Shown here one piece after another: positions 1-12,510 of a stretch of 64,000 bases of DNA. Source of the DNA: Utricularia gibba (taxonomy: Eukaryota; Plantae; Magnoliophyta). The DNA lies in NCBI GenBank assembly GCA_002189035.1, contig CM007989.1, forward strand, positions 6,758,001 through 6,822,000, in the 5' to 3' direction. The notes under the pieces were generated by a model. The model ran no database searches and was not told the origin of the DNA. It saw only the letters and a list, made by a program, of their open reading frames with translations. The position numbers and the translations under genes are program-made. Numbering within the stretch: position 1 is the first letter of the stretch; every line of letters starts with the position of its first letter.

Positions 1-590
1 TACACAACTCAGTCGAGTTCAGCCCTAGGCGTGCATTATAAATCCATCCTATATTCATTTTTTAGGATTACACATAACGTGTCCAACCATTATCAGACCG
101 GCAGATATACCAATTGACTAATATGAATGGTCGCATCTAGTTCCCACCTTCATAAAAATACATCAATAAATAAATAACAAAAATCACACGTGGGGCAGCA
201 GTGGGCACCTCCAACCTACCTACGTGTGAGAACGAAGCAGCGCAGCAGATGGTGTTGTATTACACAACTAACTGTCGTGGGCTTAGGGGAAAAAAAAAAC
301 ACAAGGAGTTGTCGCAGTCGCGGTATTTAAAGAAACCCTCCCCCCGTAACTGCAAATGATAAGGCGCATGGTCCCGAAGTGGGTGCCCTGCAGTCACGAC
401 TGGTGACCCGATCCATCCGTCGCACCGCCCGCTGCTGCCCGCCGGTCGACCGGACCACCCCGAGGAGGCCAATTCCGTCATTTCCTCTATTTCATATTAT
501 TAAAAATGAGTATATAAATGGACTGCATTTGAAGAGTAGAATTGCGGGCACGTAGGTAGCGATTATAGGGATGATAATTTAGTAAATATT

Positions 591-811
591 GAATGTGTTT
601 TGTACATGAATAATTTTTACTTGAGATAAAATGGGATATATTTAAAATAAGATATATAACAGTATAATTTTATCATAACATTTCTCATCTAATTATTTTA
701 TTGCATATTCATAGTATAAATTATTTAGAATATAATTTATTTCAACTATCAAAAATCATGTTTTTTTTTTCTATTTAATTATACATTTTATAATTTCTAC
801 CAAACACACTC
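591..811. mobile_element. Tourist-like (PIF/Harbinger) MITE remnant
   Basis: Imperfect 14-bp terminal inverted repeats GAATGTGTTTTGTA (591-604) and TACCAAACACACTC (798-811), 12/14 matching. ATT flanks both sides (possible 3-bp TSD, non-canonical). AT-rich non-coding interior. Confidence 0.4.
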
Positions 812-3111
812 ATTGTTTATATAAAATACTTTCGTATAAAATCAACATCTAACTAATCTCATTTAGTTTTTGAATAATAAAAGAATAATTATGTCTAATG
901 TTCAAGTCATGGAAGATAAAAAAGTATACAAAAAAATATAAATTTGGTAATTAATTATATTCGATATGTAAGATTTGGGAAATTGATTTTACCAACATAG
1001 ACGAAATATCAAATTTATATTTAAAAAATTGGGGATGTAATATTATTGAGATTAATTTGTGGGATAATGGGTTTAGATTTTTTTTCTATAACTTTTTGGT
1101 TGGTAAATAAAAATTAAGATGAAATTAGAATTATTTTTAAAATATCATATATAATATATATCTTTCAGTAAAATATATTAATATTACAAGTAAAAAAGGT
1201 GAAATCTATATATAACAGGTAACTGCAACACACTAATATATGGGAAAAGAAAAGAAAATGAAAGTTGTGCATTTTAGTGGCTTTAGAGTTGTAAAAGCAA
1301 CTTTTAAGCATTTTTTATTTTTTGGAGGGGAGGATCATGATGAATATAATGCACTTAGTTAAGTAAATATTCTCTTTCTTTAATGATTGCGCTTTAAATA
1401 AATAAATGACACGCTAATGATGATTAGTGGAGGAAGTAAATGCATTATGATTATGGTGTCTCGCAACCAATTACCTTAATGCCCTCTTTGTCTTGTTTCT
1501 AAATGATGACCAGGGGCATCCCCTTTTTATATTATTTAATGTATAAATTGACTAGCTTTTTATAAATTACAAAATATTTCTCTTTTTTTCCTTTCTAAAA
1601 TATTAGATTTCACGTACGGTCATGCCTGAACCCTTAATTAAAACACTTTTAATATAAAAACTGTAAATAACAAAAAACAGAAAAAAAAAAAGCTTTGTCC
1701 CCATCCTTGTGTCTGCCACCATTTTGGGAACCAGATGGAACTGCCGGTCCGATGGGCTTAAACCGTGAACCGGCCGAAGAAAAGAAAACGGTTCGATTAA
1801 AGCATAACCAATCAAAAGCCATGAAAAACACCGATTTTTATAGTATTTTAGGTTGTCCATTTCTATCATAATTTTCAACTCGTTAGACATTCCTCGCCAT
1901 GTCTGAATAAATAACGCAAATTATGTTGTTATTTTGTGTTATAAAATCAGCATTATTAGTGAGTAAATTGTTATTCTTAAACATGAATTAGAATTAAATT
2001 TAACGCTCAAAAAATACATAAACCTAGTAACTATCATTGTAATAGACTTTTTGTGATCGATTTCGATTCTATTATGGTCTTGTTTTATTTTTCAACTTTT
2101 GCATTATATTACATAGAATGCAATCACCTTTAAGATTTTCTAAATAAATTTAATTTCAAATTGGAAAATTATATTATAGATTTTAATATATTAAATTATA
2201 TATTGTAAACTTTAATAGATTAATTTATTGCATAATTTAATATGATAATATAAATGTCTTTTTGAAATTTATTGAAAATGAATAGTATAATAGTTTAGTT
2301 AATTTTTATTCAATCATTAAAATAAGATTTAAGAAATTCAATTATTTCAAAGTTAATCGTATCATCTGAATCCCTAATTTTTTTAGATGGATTTAAATTT
2401 ATAAATTTTATTTATACATGAATTTTTTTAAATTGAATTTATATAAATAGATTTTAATTGTTTAAGAACAGATCTTCCCTCCAGTTTTACTGACCATTTT
2501 GTATATTCACGGTTTAATATCGATTTTTAAATGGTTTTTTATTGTCTTATTCACGATATTATTTATATATATTTAATATTTTCGATTTAATATTATGTCC
2601 ATGTTCAGTTTTTGATAAATTTTATTATTTTTTCATTTAATTTAATAAAGCGATTGAGCAATATGCAAATTAAATAAATTTGGGGCTCCATTGCAATTGC
2701 ATCGCTTTAAAGAGGAGGAACCTTTAAAAAGGTTTAAGAAGGCTTTTTGGTAAAATAAAATAAAGGGATAATAAATAATAACGACGAGGCCTCAACTCAA
2801 ACCATCCATCCCACTCGACATATACATACAAAATATCGCTGTATCTATATCCGTACATTTTTAAAATTGCTATTAGACCCCAAAACTAACGTAAATTGCA
2901 TAATCGTCCCACTCTAAGCTGCTGTTATCTTTCTGTAGATAGCAGATACTGAACGCTGTGCAGTAAAAGCAGGGAAGCCTAGCGCTCTGCCTCTCACTGT
3001 GGACTGTCTTTGTTCGTCTGCAGAACGGCATATCTCTCTGCTCGTACTTGCCTTTCCCATCACCCAAAGTCGTCTCACTTTTCTTTCTTCCTTGAAAGAA
3101 AAAAGAAGCGG

Positions 3112-5337
3112 ATGGAAATGGTCAAGTACCTGATCGGCACCGCCGGTCCGAGCGGATACGGGTCGAAATCGACGGCGGAGGAAGTCACGGAAATGTGCCC
3201 CGATCTCCGGGACATCACCGCCGTCATCACAGGTAAGGGTAACTCTCCCAAAAGCGGGACTAATCCAGTCCGGGTGTGACGGGGTGTTGAAATTCCGGGC
3301 AGGGGCGACGTCGGGGATCGGGGCGGAGACGGCCCGCGTGCTGGCGAAGCGCGGCGCGAGGCTGGTGTTCCCGGCGAGGAATCTGAAGGCGGCGGAGGAT
3401 ACACGGGAGAGGATCGTGAGGGAGACGCCGGAGGCGAGGATTCACGTCCTGGTTCTGGATCTCAGCTCCCTTCAATCCGTAACAAGATTCGTACGGGATT
3501 TCAACTCTCTCAATTTGCCTCTTCATCTTCTCATGTACATCCACCCATCCCCCACAGCCCAAAACCCCCCTTTACCTTTTTTTTTTCTTTTTTTTTTTAG
3601 ATTTTAATGCCATTTTTTAAAAAAAGATTATTTTTTTATCTTACTTTTGCAGAAATAATGCAGGGAAAATCTCCTACAATCATGCTGTTTCCGAGGATGG
3701 ATTTGAGCTGACCTTTGCAACGAATTATTTAGGTATTTATTTTTATTTTTAAAATCATAGGAGTAATAAAATTAAAAAAATTCACAATTTGTGGTGAATA
3801 AACTCCTTGTTTTTAGTTGCGTGACATGTGCGCCATATTTTTATTCACTATTTTTTAAAAAAGTTGAGGAAAAAAACAAATAATTAATTACTTCCACATG
3901 GACGCCGACCGTACAATTCGGTAGGTAACTCGAGTCATCTCCGGTGCAGGGCACTTTTTACTCACCAAGTTACTGCTGAGGAAGATGGCGGAGACGGCGG
4001 AGGAGACCGGCGTCCAGGGGAGAATAGTGAACGTCACCTCCCATATCCATCGCTGGGTCTCCGGCGACATCCTCCGGCACCTCGCCGCGAATCCGAGGTT
4101 CGTTAAATTTAACAAGTAGACAGATGGGGTGGGGGATACCTTAAAAAAGAAGCATGTCCTTTGTTATGTAAGTTTTTAAAAATCATTTAATCGCATTAAT
4201 GCCACCGGCGGGGACCGCGAGGCAAGTGCGTGGGTGGGTTGAGAGTGTTCTGTATGAAGCTTGTTTGACATTTGGCATGGACCTGGAGTAATTCGTTTGT
4301 ACGGTCTACGAACATGCACCAGCCAGTACGATGGAATACGTGCCTATGCTCTTTCCAAGCTGGCTATCGTCCTCCATACAAAGGAGCTTGCTCGCAGGCT
4401 GCAGGTGATTATACTGTTTCTAGGTGTCAAATTCCGATGGGTTGAACCGGATGTGATTACTTGGGTTCTGGTTTTTTGTGTTGGAAAGTGAATTCTCTGG
4501 TTGATATTTACAGTCTGGGGTTGGATCTTGAGTTTTTACTTGCTGTCAAAATTTAGTGTAATGGGGAGGGGGAAGAAGCCACTTGAAGTGTGATCATGTC
4601 CTGATTTATTGCATGGAATAGACTGATTTGGAATGGGGGCTTGTGGTGTTAATCGTTGCCAACAAAAGGCAGCAGTTCGGGGTTTTGACTGCTGGTTAAA
4701 ACTGAGAGAGGAAGGCGCTACTGCTGCTTTTCGTGGGGTGAAAAGTGAACTGATGCCGTTCACCTCTTTTACACTTGAAAAGATTAGATTTTTATGGGTA
4801 GAATTCGATTCCCAGGAAGATCCGATCTGAACCCAGAACATTGCAGGAAACGAAGATCAATGTGACGGCGAATTGCGTCCATCCTGGAGTCGTCAGAACT
4901 CGGCTCAACAGAGAACGCGACGGGTTTCTTACAGGTACCACTCGCTGCGCTCATCTCAAATCATCTCTGGAAGAGAATGAAGCCCGCTGGTTTTCGAGCT
5001 CATTTTTATTCACCGCGCAGATCTGGCTTTCTTCCTCACATGCAAGCTCCTGAAGACGATACCTCAGGTCAGTGCAAGAGAGAATATGCTTGTACTTTTT
5101 TCTTCCCTTACTCGAATGCGCGCATGCATGTAGGCGGCTGCCACCACATGCTACGCCGCAACAAGCCCGGGGCTGGCAGACGTCACCGGAAAATACTTCG
5201 CCGACTGCAACGAGACATCCACCTCGAAAACCGGTTCCAATTTATCGGAAGCCGCAAGGCTGTGGGCTGTCTCCGAGATCATGATCTCCGGTGATTCCAA
5301 CAAAGCCGCTGGGCTAGAGAACCCGCTTGAATCATGA
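3112..5337 (+). CDS. Short-chain dehydrogenase/reductase, TIC32/retinol-dehydrogenase-like
   Basis: Eight exons with GT-AG borders and consistent phases: 3112-3232, 3303-3534, 3653-3732, 3950-4098, 4323-4404, 4847-4934, 5021-5067, 5134-5337. Motifs: ITGATSGIG (TGxxxGxG), NNAG, catalytic AYALSK (YxxxK), HPGVVRT. Confidence 0.93.
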
Positions 5338-6931
5338 CAGCAGCCCAACTTCCGATCAAATAAACGGCATTTTCCGGCATGCTAACGTAACGAAATGTGA
5401 AGTAAGAATGGCGTGACATGTTATGGATTGTTATACAGTAAGATTAACATCTTTAAAAGAATTTTGATTTTTCACCATATGTGAAGTCAGCTTCTTCTTC
5501 TTGGATATGTTGGATACAGACAAGAGGACAGTGTTCTAACACTATGTACTAGGAACTGCTCATGCGCTGAACTGCGCTAATCATATTGGAAGAAGACAGC
5601 TTAAATGCATTGTTTTTCTTCCTTTTTCTTCTTATTTCAACAAACAAAAACAAAAATTATGTACACATTTAACCAGAAAATAAGAATTAATATTTTAGTG
5701 TGAGTGGAATTCACATGATGTTAGGAACTGTCAATGTTGTTGGTTTTGAGAATAATGTTGCCTATGGATAGCTTGGACCCAATATTAAAGGCTCCATAGT
5801 GGTATAAAATGAATAATTATTTTTTAAAAAAACAAATTTTATTTTTATAAAAATAAATAATGCATAATTTTGTTATTAAAATACAAAAAAAAATTCATTT
5901 AAAAAGAAAAAAAATGGAATCACCTTTATTTTTAAATAAATGCAGGCTCTTAATTTCTATTTTATTAAAATCATTTTTTTCAAAAAATAGAATTAAATAG
6001 CTTTAAGAAATGATTAATTAGTTGATTTAAAAAGAAATATCACTTTCCTTAATAGATTGAAAAACTATTTATTTTTAGTCTTGACGATTGATTTGATTTG
6101 CATTGCAATCATTTGTTATAAAATTCTGCTATTATATGTGAAAGTGCAAGAAAAAAATACAAAAATGTATTCTATTTCTCTATCTTAATCAGATATCTAG
6201 ATTGATTTTTGGTACATCATGACATTGGATTGAGACATAATATATATATACAAAATTCTATTTTTCATTGTGATGATTGGAAAATTTACTCAATCTACAT
6301 AAAAGAATATTATGAGAGATGATACGTTAGGCCAAATGAGGGTCATATTATAATTTTTCAACATGACTGTAGCGAAATCAGGATCTCATGTGCCATCTAA
6401 ATATAAATTAAACTTAAAGGAAGGCTACTATTATAAAATTCTAGTCCACAATAAAGACAACTAACCCAAAGTCCACAATTTCAAATTCACAACGAGCATA
6501 TAACCGTTATATAGTTTTTTGTGTATAAATAGGAGAATATATATACAGATCTAAAATGAAAAAAGTACTATTTTTACACAAATCATCTTACATCAACGGT
6601 TCTTAAAATCCTCAATTTCGGAGGATAATACTTTGAGTTTGGACAAGATAAACAGATATAATCTTAAAATCCTTTCAATTCTTTTTATTGCTTTCTTTCA
6701 AAATGCAATAACAGTCTGATACCAACTTAAAAACTAGTTCATTGCATTCTTGATGATTGATATGATTATATTGCAACTATTAATACATCAGATTGAGCAA
6801 CCAATTATATGATCACTGTAAGTAGGGATGGAACATAAAGAATTTATTAGGAGGGGGAACATTGTCCAATTTTTTTTAGCTATTTAAAAAAATTATTAAT
6901 TATTTACTTTTTTTACTCGATCAAAGTGTAA

Positions 6932-7130
6932 AGATCTGTTTATTTCAGGTTCTTCTTCAGATTAAGTGATTTTGAAGTGATTTTTATTGAAAACATAAAC
7001 AACTTCTAATTTTTTTGAAATAGAAATATTGAAGCACTTCAATTTTTTCTGAAGTAGATTCATACCCGTTTCTATAAATTTTGAAGCACTTTTTTGAAGT
7101 GCTTTTAATGAAGTGGAAATAAACAGAACC
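6932..7130. mobile_element. Tourist-like MITE (about 199 bp)
   Basis: TIR core TCTGTTTATTTC (6935-6946) and GAAATAAACAGA (7116-7127). TAA on both flanks (6929-6931, 7131-7133), the canonical PIF/Harbinger TSD. Internal GAAGCACTT/GAAGTGCTT inverted subrepeats. Confidence 0.6.
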
Positions 7131-8386
7131 TAAAATACACTTTTATCCTAACTATGTTCTATCATTAGTTGTAGGATTGAACCATTAATAAATGGACTCC
7201 AACATCCTACCAAAAAGGTGTGGCCCAACCATTTACACCTCTACATTAATATCAATCTGTATTATTAAAATAAACAATCTCACATTAGTAAATTTAAGTA
7301 ATTATACATTATGAATAATTGGTTGAATCTATTTTTTTAATATGATTCATATTCTTTATTTACTTAGATTTTATATACATAATCGGATCATTAATTTCAA
7401 CATTCGTGGCAAATTGTAATCATTTGCCTGTGGGATGGATGCTATGCTATGCTACACAGTTCGCATCGGCTATGGAGTGTGAGGTTAGAGGGTGGAGATC
7501 ATGTCTCATTGAATGGGATCATGGAAATGTTTTCTCAGCGGTGAGGTGACCAGTGGACCGGGCTTCGGCCCCATGACACATACATACATACATACACACA
7601 TGCATGATGCATGAGCATGGGTCGCCCAGGTCCGTCAAGCACTTACTACTCATTGCCTTTCTCTGTTACATTAACAGCAAAATGATAGAGCTTTTCTTAG
7701 TGAAACAGCCGTGAAGTAGACATTCCCTAAAGTGATTCATATCATACACTTTCCAAGGCAGGACCGCATTTCAGGGCTTGGAGTGTGATTGTATGTTTGA
7801 TAGTATAGGATAAAAGATTTATATCCAATTTTACATATACATCGTCATTTGATTAATTAGTATATATATATATATATCAATCTTCTTTGATTATATCATT
7901 TATATACTTATTTTTGACAATATAAGTAATATATACAAATGAAATAAGTTGCTAATTATATCTATACTACTTACATACTTATATCTTTATTCTCGAATAT
8001 CAAATGTTATATACAAATAACTTATACCTTGATGGAAATTGATTCCGAGAATTCATTCCCTTCTTCAAAAATGGAGTTCTAACCCCGAAAGTTGTTGAGT
8101 CCAGACCCATTGGTTCCCAAAGTGGTTCCATTCATGGGACTCGAGAGTCTAAAGAACGAACTTTGTGACTTAATGGAATCAAATATGAAAAGCTAACTTT
8201 GCAAAACGTATCTTTCACCATGTTGCTTTTTCAAAGCAAAAAAACATCTATGAGGATACATTTGCCGCACCCCCACTACATGTAGGGAACCCTTCTAATG
8301 ATTCCTTTCTCTGCTTTATAATCGCCACTTCCAAAAGAAATAGCTTCTCTTTTAAGTCTTGAAAAATTTACCTCTCCTCCATCTCC

Positions 8387-9340
8387 ATGGATGCGCCACC
8401 ACCTTCTACTTTCTGGCCTCAGGTTTGGATCCAAAGCTTCAGTCATCTTTTTCCAATCGGTTTCCATTTTTTTAAAACGTCCAATCGAAAGCTGAGTCTG
8501 AGAATCTGGTTAAGATCTTGAGGTGAAGAGATTTTGACAATTGAAAGATCAATGAAAAACTTGTCTTTTGTTTTTTTTTATCAGGAGAGATCCATGAAAA
8601 GTTGCTCAGTTGAGAAGAAAGTGAGCAGGCCTCAGAAAGAGCAAGGAGTCAACTGCCCAAGATGCAGTTCAACCAACACAAAGTTCTGCTATTACAACAA
8701 CTACAGCCTTTCACAGCCAAGGCACTTCTGCAAAACCTGCAGAAGATACTGGACTGAAGGAGGGTCTCTGAGAAATATTCCAGTTGGAGGAGGATCAAGA
8801 AAGAACAAGAAACCCTCTTCTGCAAATACCCATCATTCGACTACTTCTTCTTCTTCATCTAGAAAAATCCCTGAGTTTCTAGCTCATCAACAAAACCCTA
8901 AACCCCTTGAAGCCCAAGATCTCTCCTTAGGATTCTCCGCTAAGAATTTCCACGTCCCCAGTTTTGGTAACGCATCAAAGCTGGAGTTATTGCACAAGGA
9001 TCCCCCACCTCCTCCGCCGCCGCAGATGATCGGATCATCGCCGTCCCATTACTCGTTCGTCCCGCTGCCGTTCATCGCCTGCGGCGATCCGGCGGTGGTT
9101 TACTCCTCAGGGTTCCCTTCCTTGCCGGAGTTGATCAAGCCGACACTCAACTTTTCACTGGATGCAGGACTTGGGAGCAATTATGGAAGTTTCCAGGGGG
9201 GTCCGCCCACAAATATGAAGGAACTCGTCTTCCCTTTCGAAGGCGTGAAGCAGGGTTCCAGCCGCGGTGATCAGAACGGAGATCAAAATGCAGATTCCAT
9301 TGGCATTTGGAATGGAGTTTTAGGTGGAGGCTCCTGGTAA
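8387..9340 (+). CDS. Dof zinc-finger transcription factor
   Basis: Exon 1 8387-8422 ([12 protein letters not shown], typical short Dof first exon); exon 2 8585-9340. Dof domain [50 protein letters not shown]; C-terminus [12 protein letters not shown]. Confidence 0.95.
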
Positions 9341-11594
9341 AAATAAAAAATATAAAAAAATGGATAATTCACTACAGAAGTTAATTATCCCTTCCACCCT
9401 ACTTTAATTTCCAAGATTGTAACTATTTTTCTGCAATGTGACTTGGAGCTTGACCAATTATATTATTTGCTTTCCCTTGTAAAAAAAAGGGTAATTTTAT
9501 TGTTTTGTTTTTTAATTATATTATAAAAAAGAAAGGATGGTGGAAAAAAGGGCTTTTCAGAGGTCCTTTGATGTGTGTCCAATCAAGCCCTTGAGGGACA
9601 CATTTATTTTGTAAAAAAATGATAAAATAATTATACAAGCAAATCATGTTGAATGGAATCACATACATTCATATGCCAAGCAACCATAAAGAAGTGTTTT
9701 ATATAATTATAAATTTGAATTGAACCTAAATTCATTTTTTTTAAAAATAAATATTATTGTTTTATTATTTTTAATAAATAAACTACATTCAATTTAGGAG
9801 AGTTGGGATAGAAGAGGGAGGGCATAAATGGGAATGAATGAGTTTTTTTTTTTTTAATTATTGGGAGAGGAGGAGGAGGATGATGATGATGATGAGGTAT
9901 AGCATGCCATGTCTCCCTCCCCACACTCCTTTCCCTTTCAGCTCTGAAATTTTGACTCCGAAACCCCTTTTTGCCCCCACAAACATTCCTCATGAATCAT
10001 CTTTTTCCCACTAATCCACGCCATGATTCCACTTCAGCGTGTGGATCAAGCTTGTCATTTCACAAATTTTTAATAAAAAGGTATTTTTTAAACAAATTAA
10101 TACTGATTCTTGATGTTTAGCTGGATGTCACAAGCAGTCTCTTGATCTCATTATCATATGCTTTTGGTATCTACCATATGTTAGCAGTTGATTAATTGAT
10201 AAATATCACAACCCACGCTCGCATAATATGATATTTATCACTTCGAATATTCAATATTTACAATTTCACATTTCTTACTTCTAATGAAAATGACTCATGC
10301 AAGATTTACATTGTCCCTTCCTTGGGTGGGCATCACATAAATCAAATATCACATTTGGTACATGATATAATAAATAATATGATATTTTAAATATTGGATT
10401 GATGGTACTTGTGTATATTAACTTATCCCCGAAATATAAAATCAGAATAATTTTAAGATTATTATATCTTTCATTTTTATTATAAAATTACTTTTTATAC
10501 AAATAGTTATATATCAATTTCATTAGAAAAAATCATGTTTTTTGAAGCATATTATAAGTTGGTCCTTTCATAAATTTCGTTTCGTCACTATTGGTTGTGA
10601 GTGTGACAAACACGAATTCTATATAATAATCACATGAAATTCATTTACTAAATGTTAATTTTTGTTTTATGTAATCATTTCCACACACAACTGATTGAAT
10701 GATTATTATCATTATTTTTATTATATTCCTATTTTTAAATAATACCGACAGAGGGGACAAGGCAACTGCTCACCGCGTGCCGGGAGCTGCTCTTTAACTA
10801 CCAACGTTTACCAGATATCAGTTCTATGAAGAATATCAATTATGTTTTCAAACCTAAAAACCGAACCCGGATTGGGTCGGTTCAAAATCCGGTTTTGATC
10901 AACCATACTAAAGCAACGTTTTGTAAATTTTTTAGAGTAAAATATTTTAAAGAATTAAAAATAACCTTTAAAAATTTTCCAGAATATAAACTAAGTAACC
11001 CGATATACTACCCTGATTGAAAACTTGAATGGCCTTTAAACAGAAAGGTATTGTATTCTTCAAAATGAAGACAAGTAGGTAGAGAATATTTGTAATCCAA
11101 TTCGACTTGTCTGTTAACCGATCGATTTGAAAATATTGAATATTTTTACATTCGTTATTTTAATTGATAAAATATTACAAGACACTAAAAACATGAAATT
11201 CTATTTATTGAATAAAAATTAATTAATTTTTTGTAAAGTAGTAAAGTACATTTTATAAAGAATTATTTACAGGGAAAGGTATTTTGTGTATTTTTTTTTG
11301 TTAACTTATACTATCAATCAAATACATTTTGTCATTTATGTTACACAATTCACCTCATTTATATTACATTTTACAATGTCACACCAAAAATCCCTAAATG
11401 TGGATTGTGTGATTTTTGCATAAAAAGTCTGGAAAAGAAGAAATAAGCTGTGTTTTTGTGTGTGTGGTAGTGCGGTGAAGTTGGCAGGCAATTGCTTACA
11501 CGTAAAGAAGTTTTCTATTAAGGAAACCCCTGCCCGACGCGCACAAAAGCAATGGGCGGTCCGGTCCGGTCCATAGCATCATCATCTCAGAGCC

Positions 11595-11783
11595 ATGGAG
11601 CCGGGCCAGTTCGTCTCGCCGGAGGGATACAACATCATCGGCGGAGATGGGATTCCGTTCAACAATGTCCCCATCAGTTCAACAATGAACCCTAACTACA
11701 CACAACAACAACAACAGCAACAGCAACAGAACCAAAGCTCCCCCAGAGCATGTCATGTTGTGTTCACAAGAGACCCTGCATAG
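11595..11783 (+). other. Unassigned 62-aa polyQ small ORF in a GC-richer island
   Basis: GCCATGG start context; MEPGQFVSPEGYNIIGGDG...QQQQQQQQQ; CAA/CAG repeat at about 11703-11729. No family recognised. Confidence 0.25.
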
Positions 11784-12510
11784 TCTAGTGGCATGCCTTC
11801 CAAAGGAAACATGGATTCACAGATAAGCTTAGCAGAAAAGAAGAGCTTAAAATCATTCAAATGGAACTGTCGGATAATCGAAAATGTTTCAGGTGAAAAG
11901 AGAAACCGAACAAGCCGTGCAACACATGTGCACAGGACATCTAACTTTGCACACCACTCCTTCAGACAGAGGAGGGACCACAGGGAACAAATGTGAGGCA
12001 TGCCTAAATGAAAAGGAACCCCCCCTCAGTCCCCACGGCCACAAACTTGTAAACCAGAAGAGTGAAGAAGTGAAAAAAGAGTGTGTACCTAACAATCATT
12101 TAATGTCTCTAAACATAAAAGGGGCATTTTCCAGTTATCATGACCGAGCTGCCCCACCTGCAGGACATCTTCTGTAAAGAAACTTTCACTTTCAAACCCA
12201 ATCAGAAGCTAGACAAAACCTGGTGATTCAAATGTATGTACCATTAGATGGACAAATGTTGTAACAAAGCATGTGGCAATGAAAAAATATCAGGGTAGTT
12301 GAATCGCATCTAAGAAATGAAATAAGATCATAGTGTAGCCGGCATGAGCCTGGTACATATATTCATAGGTTCAAATCCAAGACGTTGGGGCTCTAGTTGC
12401 TAAGAGATGTAAGATTTCCAAGTGCTCATGCTGGACAGTGGCATTCCTCTAGCTTTTAAAGTGGCATTCCTCTAGGTTTTGATGTGGATGGGGATTCTTA
12501 GGGCCAGAGC

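Noticed and set aside
7553-7572. GTGGACCGGGCTTCGGCCCC, resembling miR166
   Set aside because: About five differences from the invariant miR166 sequence and no foldback.
10850-11020. CCGAACCCG/AACCG-rich patch (similar at 1740-1800 and 16620-16650) typical of hAT/MITE subterminal repeats
   Set aside because: No TIR pair or TSD could be defined.
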